From a virus (taxonomy: Duplodnaviria > Caudoviricetes): a DNA stretch of 64,000 nucleotides. The stretch covers positions 6,076-70,075 of IMG/VR virus record IMGVR_UViG_3300028603_000039. One strand, given 5' to 3'. Position 1 is the first letter of the stretch, and each line of letters opens with the position of its first letter. This document shows, one piece after another, positions 19,064 through 30,540 of this stretch. Made by a program: the position numbers and the translations under genes. The notes under the pieces are model-generated. The model made no database searches, was not told where the DNA came from, and saw only the letters and a program-made list of their open reading frames with translations.

Positions 19064-19472
19064 AAACCTTTGTAAGGTATCTTACAACCAAGCTTTGTCA
19101 AAGGGGTTCCACGATGATTCGCTGAAAATCCCAAAAAAGATGCGCAGATTGGGGTTTTCTGCAAGCGAAGTTAGGGCAGTAGAAGTGGCCTTTACAAACC
19201 AAGCCGTGCTGTTAAGCATTACTGAGTTGGCAGAATCTTGTGAAGCTTTAAGGCACAATCGCGTTCAATCTAACGCCGTTTATGGGTACAAGCATGGGCG
19301 CAAGAAGCCCCGTGTAGGTTGGTGCAAGGATACATTTGAGGATGAAATAGCTGATACCTTTATCCGTTTGGCTGATATGTGCGATGGTATGGGCATTGAT
19401 ATAGAATGGCAACTTAAGAAGAAACTGGCATATAATAAGTTAAGACCGCGTTTACATGGTAAGAAATTTTAG
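19053..19472 (+). CDS. MazG-like NTP pyrophosphohydrolase
   Basis: LSITELAESCEALR...EDEIAD..IRLAD...KLAYN..RP.LHGK. Confidence 0.85.
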   Translation: MKLKNLCKVSYNQALSKGFHDDSLKIPKKMRRLGFSASEVRAVEVAFTNQAVLLSITELAESCEALRHNRVQSNAVYGYKHGRKKPRVGWCKDTFEDEIADTFIRLADMCDGMGIDIEWQLKKKLAYNKLRPRLHGKKF

Positions 19473-19483
19473 AGGAGGATGGT

Positions 19484-21856
<2,373 letters not shown>

Positions 21857-21882
21857 TGTATTAGGAGGAAAGGAGGTGGCAG

Positions 21883-22365
21883 ATGGTTATAACAATACTG
21901 GTTACGATAGCAGTTGTAGTAGCGCTCGGAGTAGTTGGCATTTGGCTTGGCGCTAGAAACAAGGCTGTGTTTTACACCGGCGGATGGGACGTGTTCGTTT
22001 CCCTTGTCAGTCTGTACTCCGTATTTGTTGCTTTAGCACTCCTGAACCAAGAAAGTTTGGGCGATCAAGATGTACGTGTAATGGCAACGTATGCGGTGGT
22101 AGGCTTGGCGGTTATTTATAACTATGCCAAATCGTTTCAATATAACGGTTGGTTGCGCGGAATGTGCGTGTTTTGCGGGCGCATCGTAATGCCATTGTTA
22201 GTACTATTTGCCATCCCTAACCTTTCTGATAGAGGTAAAGGCGGGTATGGTATTGTGTCTGCTGTGGTTTCATTAGGGATAGCCGCCGGAGTAGCACTGC
22301 TTGTACACCGCTTGATTAATGGGGATACAATACTAAGTGAAAAGAGAAATTGTTACAAATATTAA
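21883..22365 (+). CDS. Multi-pass membrane protein
   Basis: About five hydrophobic segments. Confidence 0.65.
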   Translation: MVITILVTIAVVVALGVVGIWLGARNKAVFYTGGWDVFVSLVSLYSVFVALALLNQESLGDQDVRVMATYAVVGLAVIYNYAKSFQYNGWLRGMCVFCGRIVMPLLVLFAIPNLSDRGKGGYGIVSAVVSLGIAAGVALLVHRLINGDTILSEKRNCYKY

Positions 22366-22777
22366 AGACTTAAAACGGGTAGCTGACTTTGTTAATGAGT
22401 CAGATGACGTAGACTCTATAATAAAGGATTTAGAGGATACGCTTATTGGTAGGAAGGGTTACGGGTTAGCTGCGCCGCAAATTGGCATAAGTAAACAGGT
22501 TGCTATAATCAGGATGCAGGGTTGTGAGGCTAACATTATTAACCCAATAATTTTAGAAAAGGAGGATAAAATTGTTTTCCGAGGAGAACAGTGTTTTAGT
22601 TTTCCTGGGTTAAGCATAGACACAGACAGGTATGCTAATATTGTTGTGGAGTTTGGGCTTCCAAACAACAGAACACGTGCTTCCTTGCAGGGCATGGAGG
22701 CAATTGTATTTCAGCACGAACTTGATCATTTAACGGGAATTACTATTTTAGACATGAAACACAGGAAACGTAGGTAA
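22337..22777 (+). CDS. def: Peptide deformylase
   Basis: GYGLAAPQIG, EQCFS (EGCLS variant), QHELDHL.G. Confidence 0.92.
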   Translation: MKREIVTNIKDLKRVADFVNESDDVDSIIKDLEDTLIGRKGYGLAAPQIGISKQVAIIRMQGCEANIINPIILEKEDKIVFRGEQCFSFPGLSIDTDRYANIVVEFGLPNNRTRASLQGMEAIVFQHELDHLTGITILDMKHRKRR

Positions 22778-22801
22778 CCGATAACAACAGGAGGAAGTAG
22801 A

Positions 22802-23278
22802 ATGGCAGATGTAAAAGTTACACTTGGCGATGTATTAGTAGTTAGCAACATCCTTGGCAGGATAATAACTACGCCGATGGACTTTAAGTTATCGTATCGC
22901 TTAAACAGGATTGCAAAGAAGATCAATTCTGAAGCTCAGTCGGTGGATGAGTATAGGAAGAAGCTCTTCCAGAAATATGGTTATGAGGAAGAGGTAGAGA
23001 AGGATGGTGTTAAGGTTAAGACAGGTAAAATGTTAATCCCTGCCGATAAAAATGATGAATATATAAAGGAAATAACAGATTTCCTGCAGACAGAGGTAGA
23101 AATCGAAATGCAGTTAATACCATACGCTGACCTTGAAAAGTCTAGCGTACGCGTGTCGCCGGGAGAAATGCCGAGCTTTGAAAAGTTTATAACCGTACCT
23201 CCGGGGGAGACATTAAAGGCTATTGTGGAAGAGGTAAAGCCAGTAGATGCAGCCCCTGCAGAGACAGAAACAAAATAA
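22802..23278 (+). CDS. Hypothetical helical protein
   Basis: AGGAGG RBS, acidic/helical. Confidence 0.7.
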   Translation: MADVKVTLGDVLVVSNILGRIITTPMDFKLSYRLNRIAKKINSEAQSVDEYRKKLFQKYGYEEEVEKDGVKVKTGKMLIPADKNDEYIKEITDFLQTEVEIEMQLIPYADLEKSSVRVSPGEMPSFEKFITVPPGETLKAIVEEVKPVDAAPAETETK

Positions 23279-23289
23279 AGGGAGCGCTA

Positions 23290-23568
23290 TTGAAGGGTAG
23301 AGCGATACGAATACACCACAACGAAAGGGTGATGAAGAACCGTTTAAAGTTGCTTAAAAACAGTTCTGTAAGCAACAGACATCCAGATGTAAACGGTAAA
23401 ACCTACTATGATATAGTGGCAGAGAAGCCTCATGCTTTAGTTAAGAAGCACCCTTTCGATTGTGGCAATCCAAAGTGTATGATATGTCACAGCGAGAAGG
23501 TATTAGGCAAGCGCAAAGCCTCAGAGCGCAAGAGGATGTTAAAACTGAAGGAGGATAGTAACTGCTAA
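23290..23568 (+). CDS. Hypothetical basic protein (C..PKCMICH)
   Basis: ORF with RBS. Confidence 0.6.
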   Translation: MKGRAIRIHHNERVMKNRLKLLKNSSVSNRHPDVNGKTYYDIVAEKPHALVKKHPFDCGNPKCMICHSEKVLGKRKASERKRMLKLKEDSNC

Positions 23569-23608
23569 CATAATCCCAACAAAACCGTATAAATACGATT
23601 AAATTAGC

Positions 23609-23637
23609 TTGACTTTTTAGACTAAAAATGGTAAATT
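23609..23637 (+). promoter_or_regulatory. Promoter with a palindromic spacer
   Basis: TTGACT-N17-TAAATT. TTTTTAG-A-CTAAAAA inverted repeat at 23614-23628. Confidence 0.55.
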
Positions 23638-23649
23638 GGAGGCATGGAA

Positions 23650-23820
23650 ATGAAGATAACGAAAGTAACAAAAACATACTTTGAAACCGAAGGTGAGCGA
23701 GTTTACTTCTTTGAACCACTTGATGAGGAGATGACTGTTTCTGAGCTACAAGAGCTCATGAATGAGAATGAGAAGTTTTTGCTCAATGAAATTCAGAAGA
23801 TGAAGAAGGAGAAGATATGA
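23650..23820 (+). CDS. Small protein missed by the ORF track (MKITKVTKTYFETEGERVYFFEPLDEEM...)
   Basis: 56-codon ORF after GGAGG; its TGA overlaps the next ATG. Confidence 0.65.
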   Translation: MKITKVTKTYFETEGERVYFFEPLDEEMTVSELQELMNENEKFLLNEIQKMKKEKI

Positions 23821-24074
23821 TATTAACAGTTCGTAAGAAACCAGTAGTCGTTGAAGCAGTGTTGTGGACAGGCAGTAATTGGGACGAATTAGTTGAATGG
23901 TGTCCTTACGGATTATCTTGCGTTAGGAAAGGCATTATAAATGTGGACACTCTCGAAGGGAGTATGTTCTGTAATGTGGGTGACTACATAATTAAGGGTG
24001 TGGACGGCGAATATTACCCAATCAAGAAAGACATTTTCGCTAAAACTTATGAGATAGTTACGGAGGGGAGATAG
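23817..24074 (+). CDS. Conserved small phage protein (PGDYG-like)
   Basis: RKKPVVVEA...TLEG...GDYIIKGVDGEYYP.K.DIF.KTYE. Confidence 0.7.
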   Translation: MILTVRKKPVVVEAVLWTGSNWDELVEWCPYGLSCVRKGIINVDTLEGSMFCNVGDYIIKGVDGEYYPIKKDIFAKTYEIVTEGR

Positions 24075-24076
24075 TT

Positions 24077-24963
24077 ATGAAAAAACTTAAAAGAGAAGTA
24101 ATGAATGCAATAAGCAACTTTGAAATCGAAGTATGTCTTTGCAATGAGAAAGCCATGAGCAAGAAAGATTTTGGTAAGTATAAAAAGAAATACAATGAGG
24201 CTCTGGAGAAATCGACAAGAAAAGTGTTGGTATTATTCTGGAATGCAGTCGGGGGGTTAATATGAAATACAGCAAGTGGCAACAAAAATATATAGACTTA
24301 ACCGCCCCATACGACCCTCACCATTGCGGAATAGAAATCATAGGTGAACTTGAAAGGGCAGTGCAAGCGAAAGATGAGTTGATTGTTGCGTATAGGCTTG
24401 GTTGTAGACCTAAAGAAAAAACATTTGACGCATTAAAAAGATGGGAGGACTTTAACAAATGAAAGAAGAACACTGGAGAATAATAATAGCCGATACAGAG
24501 TGTCCTTTTAGAGAAAAGGGAGATAATCCGAACTGTGATTTTTGCGGTAAAAAGAAAGACCCAGAAGATAATCCGTATTGTTCGTTTACTAACTGTTTAA
24601 TAAGAGAGGTTTAAGATGATTTGCCCAATAATGAGCAGGAATGTAGCCGAGAGTTTTGATAACGAAAATCCTACAATAATGAGAATAGACTTTCAGAAAA
24701 CAATGTGCGTTGGCAAAGACTGTGCTTTATGGGTAGTTGAAATACCTAATGGAGTGTTATCAGAAGGACAGAAGCCAATAGAACATTGTGGGTTGATAAA
24801 ATGAAAAAGCAACCAACAGTGATAAATTTTAAATGGCAAATGTGCTGGATTGAAAACGGAGAAATAGCACATAGACCTATGAAATGGTTTGAATATGTAA
24901 GATATTTTCCAAGAATAATGATTCAAGAATTGGTAACGGGATATAAATTCCCGAAGATATAAG
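24077..24963 (+). other. Run of about five tiny coupled hypothetical ORFs (24077, 24262, ~24459, 24616, ~24801)
   Basis: Short + strand ORFs with overlapping stop and start codons. Confidence 0.5.
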
Positions 24964-25575
24964 ATGATACTAAAAACAACAGAAGCAAGTAAGTATATCG
25001 GCGTATCAATCAACACGCTAAAAACTCTTGCCAATAATGAGCGAATAAAATCGTTCAAGACCACTGGCGGTCACAGGCGTTTTATGCAAGAGGACTTAGA
25101 CCACTTCACTGGAAAAGTAACAGAGAAGCAAGATAAAGTCACCGTTGTTTATGCCAGATGTTCTACCGCAAAACAGAAAGAAAATCTTGAACGCCAAAAA
25201 GATAGACTAATGAAACACGCTGAATCCCAAAGCTATAAATATATGGTCATTGATGAAATAGCCAGCGGGATAAATGAGAAAAGAAAAGGTTTGCACAAGC
25301 TACTCAATCTTGCGTTTCAAGGAAAAGTTGAAAGAGTTTTGATTGAATACAAAGACCGCATAGCCAGATTTGGCTATGAATATCTTGATTCTATCTTTAG
25401 AAACTTGGGCGTTAAGGTTGAGATTATGGACACCAAAGAACGTAAATATGAAGAAGAATTAGCTGAAGATATTATGAAGATTTTGACCTGTTATTCTGCC
25501 AGATATTATGGTGCGAGAGGCGGTCGAAAAAAGAAAAAATTGCCCGAAATTGCGGGCAGTGAGTCAGTGCAATAA
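24964..25575 (+). mobile_element. tnpA: IS607-family serine recombinase (TnpA), no TnpB seen
   Basis: N-terminal MerR-type HTH (GVSINTLKT...GGHRRF), YARCST, L.RQ, DEIASG, YKDRIARFG, ELAEDIM.IL. Confidence 0.85.
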
Positions 25576-25637
25576 TTCCATAATTAAGGCAATATTGCAT
25601 GGTAGCGATTTTAACCGAATAACAAAAGGAGGTTTAA

Positions 25638-26336
25638 ATGTTTGGGTGGTTGAAAAGGTTAAGGCAAAAGTGTCGTCCTGCATGGGTAAGTGGGGTGGCA
25701 TCGACGGCGATGCAACTTGGCGTAGCGCAACAGGCTGTTTATTGGGATGGGGCAAATGAGCCTGATATGGCAGAGGGCAATGTTAAGTGTTCTCCATCAG
25801 AGGATACTAGAATAGTTGTAAAGCCCAAAGATGTTGTTGATGAGTTGGTGGATAAGGAAACACCAAACCTTGACTTTAATAATGCTGGTGCTAAGATTAA
25901 GGCAATTGAAAAGCGCGCCAAGTTTATGAAAGATGACTTGCAAATTACTCCGCATGATGAGTACATTGCAATTGGGTTTCTTAAAGCGAGGAAGAAATAT
26001 GCTAGGATAAAGCATAAATTTCCGTGGGCTATAACAACCGAAGCAAAGATGGGGGCTCTTTTAAGCAAGTACAAACTACAAATTGGGTCAATGAGCGGGT
26101 ATCACAAGTGTGTACCTAACGAGGCTGTAGATGAAATGGAGAAGTTTATCAAGGCGTTTGCAAAGGTGTCGAGCGCTAAGCCTGAATTTGTCCTGATCCT
26201 TGACAAAGGTGGTAAAGAAGAGAAATTAGATCCCATCCTGCTTGCCAAGTCGCCGTTTGGGTTTTATTACTATATACTCGGTGCTTGGGACAAAGAACGT
26301 GAGTTTATCGATGAGTTGTTTATAAATAGGAAGTAA
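25638..26336 (+). CDS. Hypothetical phage protein
   Basis: 232-aa ORF with RBS; ends DPILLAKSPFGFYYYILGAWD. Confidence 0.75.
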   Translation: MFGWLKRLRQKCRPAWVSGVASTAMQLGVAQQAVYWDGANEPDMAEGNVKCSPSEDTRIVVKPKDVVDELVDKETPNLDFNNAGAKIKAIEKRAKFMKDDLQITPHDEYIAIGFLKARKKYARIKHKFPWAITTEAKMGALLSKYKLQIGSMSGYHKCVPNEAVDEMEKFIKAFAKVSSAKPEFVLILDKGGKEEKLDPILLAKSPFGFYYYILGAWDKEREFIDELFINRK

Positions 26337-26337
26337 A

Positions 26338-26760
26338 ATGGAAAGTACACCAATACGGATTAACAATAAGATGAAGAAAAAGGCGGGTGGCAATTGTGGC
26401 CACCCGTCCAATTTCGAAAAGGGCAGGACGGCGTTGCCTGCCCTTGATGAGGTTCCGCGTACTAAAGCCATAAAGCGCAAGAAGAAAATTAAAACTCCAT
26501 ACGTGTCGCCTTGGGAGCATTGCCCATTTTGCAATGGCAAGTTGCCCCTAGATGATAAGGTAATAGCTGAGGCAAAGTTGCGTGGAGAAACAGTCTATAC
26601 GTGGGATCCCGGTTGGCGAGTAAAGACATGTCCGTCTTGCGGTGCTTATGAGATAAGTCAATGCCCAGCGTGTAAGGGTAAGACGTGGTACGATCCAAAA
26701 ACAAAGATGTATAAACACCAATGGAAACATTGTGGATTTGTCGGTACTAAGAAGTTGTAA
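26338..26760 (+). CDS. Zinc-ribbon protein
   Basis: CPFC, CPSC, CPAC, HC. Confidence 0.65.
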   Translation: MESTPIRINNKMKKKAGGNCGHPSNFEKGRTALPALDEVPRTKAIKRKKKIKTPYVSPWEHCPFCNGKLPLDDKVIAEAKLRGETVYTWDPGWRVKTCPSCGAYEISQCPACKGKTWYDPKTKMYKHQWKHCGFVGTKKL

Positions 26761-26771
26761 TGTAGAAATAC

Positions 26772-26801
26772 TTGACAAACCTGTAGTGGATGTGGTATAA
26801 T
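26772..26801 (+). promoter_or_regulatory. sigma70-type promoter
   Basis: TTGACA-N18-TATAAT with TGTGG. Confidence 0.85.
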
Positions 26802-26826
26802 GGTTTTATACAAAGGAGATGACGAG

Positions 26827-27213
26827 ATGGCGGAGCATCGTGGGTGGGATGGCGAGATGGAAGGTAGACACGTAGTTAGCCTAGAATTATCCAAGCAGTT
26901 ATATAACTTAGGATGGAAACAAGGTATTGCCCACAACACCTTTTATTGGATAGTCAGGAGACACGATCAGAAGTCTTGGTTAGCTTACCACATGGAAGCT
27001 CAGCATGTATTATCCAACCGTTGTGTAGATGTATATGGTGCACCTACTGTTACTGCACTGTTAGCTGAACTGTCCAATACCAAGGTTATGACGTATCTAC
27101 ACCTGCATTATGGCGTTGTAAGGGATGAAGGATGGGCAAATTTGACAATAGAGACATTCAGGAATGCTGATAGCGTTGCCGAAATGTGGATTGAGCTAAA
27201 TACAAAGGTTTAG
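26827..27213 (+). CDS. Hypothetical protein
   Basis: ATG after the GGAGATGACGAG leader. Confidence 0.65.
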   Translation: MAEHRGWDGEMEGRHVVSLELSKQLYNLGWKQGIAHNTFYWIVRRHDQKSWLAYHMEAQHVLSNRCVDVYGAPTVTALLAELSNTKVMTYLHLHYGVVRDEGWANLTIETFRNADSVAEMWIELNTKV

Positions 27214-27221
27214 TTAATAAT

Positions 27222-27884
27222 ATGGATATTCATATAGAACCGTTAACTCAATATAACGCTTTCCTATCAGAGCCCAATGGAAGATATCACGTTAATACTT
27301 GTGTAGATCATAATTCGTATCATCCTGTTGGCAACTTTGAGGAGAAGAATATATCTGTTATAATAGAACAAATGCAGCAGTTGTTGCAGTATTTTAAGGG
27401 TGAGCACACTATTTCTGTTAGCAATCTTATTTGGTGCAAGCCATATGAAGTTAAGACTTACTCGCCCAGGGCATCTAAGGTTAGAAACTGGAAAATAATT
27501 TCAGGGGAAATGGTTAAGGTGTTGGTTGATAATCCTAAACCAGCCAAGGTAACCGCCTCTTCTGGGTCTAGTTTTGGCAGTAAAGGATGGTTCTTAAAGG
27601 TTGAGTTTGGTATTGAAGGCGTACGAGCTTATAGTTTTGGAATTATTTTCCAGTCATATAAGAGTGCTAAAGAGGGGTGGGAACGCCAAAAAGGAAAAAA
27701 CCTAGAGATATCGCATTGGGTTTTTGAGGAAATAAGGAAGAAGAGAAGAGTGAAGTGTAACAGTTGCGGTAAAAGCATTGAAAATTTGACAGCTCAACAG
27801 TGTTCTGAATGCGGCAGATACTTCTGTGATGAATGTATGACAGCCGATACTTGCCAAGACTGTCAAATGAAGGGAGAAGAATGA
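27222..27884 (+). CDS. Hypothetical protein with C-terminal Cys-rich zinc finger
   Basis: CNSC, CSEC, CDEC, CQDC. Confidence 0.65.
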   Translation: MDIHIEPLTQYNAFLSEPNGRYHVNTCVDHNSYHPVGNFEEKNISVIIEQMQQLLQYFKGEHTISVSNLIWCKPYEVKTYSPRASKVRNWKIISGEMVKVLVDNPKPAKVTASSGSSFGSKGWFLKVEFGIEGVRAYSFGIIFQSYKSAKEGWERQKGKNLEISHWVFEEIRKKRRVKCNSCGKSIENLTAQQCSECGRYFCDECMTADTCQDCQMKGEE

Positions 27885-28195
27885 AACACACGCATTGCCA
27901 AACATTTGTAATAGATGGCGAGGACATTACCAAGTTTGCAAGGAAACATTGTAAAAAGGGCTGGGCGTATGCTTTTGTAAAGTACCCGGACGGCAAGATA
28001 ATCCTAAGCGAAGTTTTTCTTGTAGATGGTGTAGGTGGGTATTGCCCTGCCAGCAGTGATGTTGTAGATAAAAAAGAGTTTGAAAGAAACAAACGCAGGG
28101 ACCCAGACTTTTACGAGTCTGATACTTGGGAGATGTATAGGAGTAGGATATTTAGGGATCTATTGTTTCCAATAAAAATGGACTGCGATAAATGA
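27881..28195 (+). CDS. Hypothetical protein
   Basis: ATGA overlap, GGGAG RBS. Confidence 0.6.
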   Translation: MKHTHCQTFVIDGEDITKFARKHCKKGWAYAFVKYPDGKIILSEVFLVDGVGGYCPASSDVVDKKEFERNKRRDPDFYESDTWEMYRSRIFRDLLFPIKMDCDK

Positions 28196-28830
28196 AGATA
28201 ATATTAGAGGGCGTAGTTGGGTCACAGGCGTACGGTTTGGCAACTGAGCACAGCGATGTTGACAGATTGGGTGTGTTTGTGTCTCCAACCAAAGATATAC
28301 TAAGTCTAACTAAGCCTAAGGATAGCATAGTTACAACCAAACCAGATGTTTCCCGTCACGAGGTTGAGAAGTTTTTGAAATTGGCTATGCAGGGCAACCC
28401 ATCTGTGTTGGAGTTGTTGTTTCTTGATAACTATACTACTATCTTGTATGAGGGTTTAATTTTGGTTACCAATAAGCAAGCCTTTTTAAGTAATATGGTA
28501 TTTAAATCCTATGGAGAGTATGCCCGTAACCAAGCTCAACCGATGTTTTATGGGGCATTACGTAATATAAAATGGGCATCAGATAAACAAGTAAGGCATT
28601 GTTTCCGATTACTTCGCCAAGGCAAACAATTGTTGGAAACTGGTGCCTTGTCTGTTAAAGTTGATAATAGAGAGGAACTGTTAGGTTTGAGCAAGATGAC
28701 GTCCAAAGCATTGGCTAAAAAGTTTACTAAGGAATATGCAGAATTTTATAAGACAAAGAGTGTATTGCCTGATAAGCCAAATGTTAAGCTTATAAATAAT
28801 ATCCTGTTGAGTATAAGGGGAGTAAATTGA
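28192..28830 (+). CDS. Pol-beta superfamily nucleotidyltransferase (RlaP/YcgL-like)
   Basis: GSQAYGLAT..SDVD..GVF, EVEKFL.LA..GNP.VLE.L. Confidence 0.8.
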   Translation: MKIILEGVVGSQAYGLATEHSDVDRLGVFVSPTKDILSLTKPKDSIVTTKPDVSRHEVEKFLKLAMQGNPSVLELLFLDNYTTILYEGLILVTNKQAFLSNMVFKSYGEYARNQAQPMFYGALRNIKWASDKQVRHCFRLLRQGKQLLETGALSVKVDNREELLGLSKMTSKALAKKFTKEYAEFYKTKSVLPDKPNVKLINNILLSIRGVN

Positions 28831-28945
28831 TGGGTGAAATTAAGTACATAATTGATCCATTTTGGGTAATGTTTGGCGTTCCAGCCCTTATCTTCTTATG
28901 GATAGTACATAGAATTTCTATTAGACCTGATAGAAGGGCGGACAA

Positions 28946-29482
28946 ATGAGTACGTTCTTTACTGCAGATACACACTTTAACCATGCTAATATTATTAAGT
29001 ATTGTAACCGCCCGTTTAAAGATGTAACGGAGATGAATGAGGTTATGATTAAAAATTGGAACGCTGTAGTTAAGTCAAATGATTCAGTTTATCATATAGG
29101 TGACTTTGCTTTTGGTGATTGTAAGTCTATTTTGGATAGGTTAAACGGGAAAATAACAATGATAGTGGGCAGCCACGATCGAGATGTATGGGCGTGTAAG
29201 TGGCGCTTTCAAGATATTGGGAAGTTAATTGAGATTAGGATTGATAGCCAACTAATAGTGTTGTGTCATTATGCCATGCGTGTGTGGTCTGCGTCACATT
29301 ATAATACATGGCATTTATTTGGACATTCTCACGGTCAGTTGGAACCGTTTGGCAAATCCTTTGATGTTGGTGTAGATACTAATGACTTTAAGCCGTACTC
29401 GTTTGAGGAAGTATGTAAAAAGATGGCAACGTTGTCAGATAACTTTAACTTGGTAAAGGGGGCGCGGTGTATAACAAAGTAA
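28946..29482 (+). CDS. Calcineurin-like metallophosphoesterase
   Basis: ADTHFNH, HIGDF, GSHD, GHSH. Confidence 0.88.
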   Translation: MSTFFTADTHFNHANIIKYCNRPFKDVTEMNEVMIKNWNAVVKSNDSVYHIGDFAFGDCKSILDRLNGKITMIVGSHDRDVWACKWRFQDIGKLIEIRIDSQLIVLCHYAMRVWSASHYNTWHLFGHSHGQLEPFGKSFDVGVDTNDFKPYSFEEVCKKMATLSDNFNLVKGARCITK

Positions 29483-30471
29483 GGGCTATAGTTGATCCAG
29501 TTTATCTTGTTGGTGGGTGTGTTCGGGATAAGTTGCTCGGGCTCACACCCAAGGACTACGACTTTGCCACGCCCCTCACCCCGGACGAAATAGAGGCAGC
29601 CATAAGGAAGGCTGGTAGGCGCCCTTATTTGGTTGGTAAAAGGTTTGGTACTATAGGGGTCAAGATAGACGGTGTAATGGTTGAGATAACTACCTTTAGG
29701 TCTGAACAATATGACCCAGATAACCGCAAGCCAAGGGTAGCGTTTGTTAAGGATATAACTGCCGACTTGAGCCGGCGCGATTTTACCATAAATGCTATAG
29801 CCAAGCGCGGGAGTAGAATAATAGATCCATTTGAGGGACACCTTGATTTGGAGGATAAAATAATAAGGTGCGTTGGCGAGCCCAAACACAGGTTTGACGA
29901 GGACCCGTTGCGTATGCTCAGAGCTGGACGGTTTGCCTCTCAGTTAGGGTTCGTTGTAGATGAACCTACAAAGAGAGCAACGCTTAATATGTCTTATAAA
30001 ATACTACACGTGAGCAAGGAACGTTGGATGATGGAATTAGATAAGCTTCTGGTGTGTGCAAACCCATCAGTTGGCTTAAACTTCTTGATGCATACTAGGT
30101 TGATGAATTATATGATACCAGAGTTGGCGTTGCAATTTCATTTTGACCAAGACAGCCCGTACCACGATTTGACTCTTTGGGATCATACTTTGCTAGTTGT
30201 CGATGCTTGCCCTGCAGATGTAAACTTAAGGTGGGCTGCATTAGTACACGATATAGCTAAGCCTTTTGTTAAGGCAAGGAATGACAAAGGGTACAGCAAC
30301 TACATACGCCATGACTATTTAGGGTATGACATGGTTAAGCGACTTGGTACGCATCTTAAGTGGTCAAAAGATAGGTTAAAGGTTGTAAGCGAATTGGTGC
30401 GCGATCACCTATTAGAGAGTAACCCTTTAAAGCCGTACGACGATGCGGCTAAAAGGCACATTGCAATATAA
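29467..30471 (+). CDS. cca: CCA-adding/poly(A) polymerase-family tRNA nucleotidyltransferase with HD domain
   Basis: LVGGCVRD, DYDFAT, RRDFTINAIA, EDPLRMLRA.RF, HDIAKP. Confidence 0.88.
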   Translation: MYNKVRAIVDPVYLVGGCVRDKLLGLTPKDYDFATPLTPDEIEAAIRKAGRRPYLVGKRFGTIGVKIDGVMVEITTFRSEQYDPDNRKPRVAFVKDITADLSRRDFTINAIAKRGSRIIDPFEGHLDLEDKIIRCVGEPKHRFDEDPLRMLRAGRFASQLGFVVDEPTKRATLNMSYKILHVSKERWMMELDKLLVCANPSVGLNFLMHTRLMNYMIPELALQFHFDQDSPYHDLTLWDHTLLVVDACPADVNLRWAALVHDIAKPFVKARNDKGYSNYIRHDYLGYDMVKRLGTHLKWSKDRLKVVSELVRDHLLESNPLKPYDDAAKRHIAI

Positions 30472-30484
30472 CCTATTAGAAGTA

Positions 30485-30513
30485 TTGACGTACTAGGCTG
30501 TGTGTGGTATAAT
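30485..30513 (+). promoter_or_regulatory. sigma70-type promoter
   Basis: TTGACG-N17-TATAAT with TGTGG. Confidence 0.8.
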
Positions 30514-30540
30514 GAACGTTAACATTACAAAGAGGAGAAA

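Noticed and set aside
23588-23595. TATAAATA as a T4-type late promoter
   Set aside because: It is an isolated hit in AT-rich DNA and does not recur upstream of the putative late genes.
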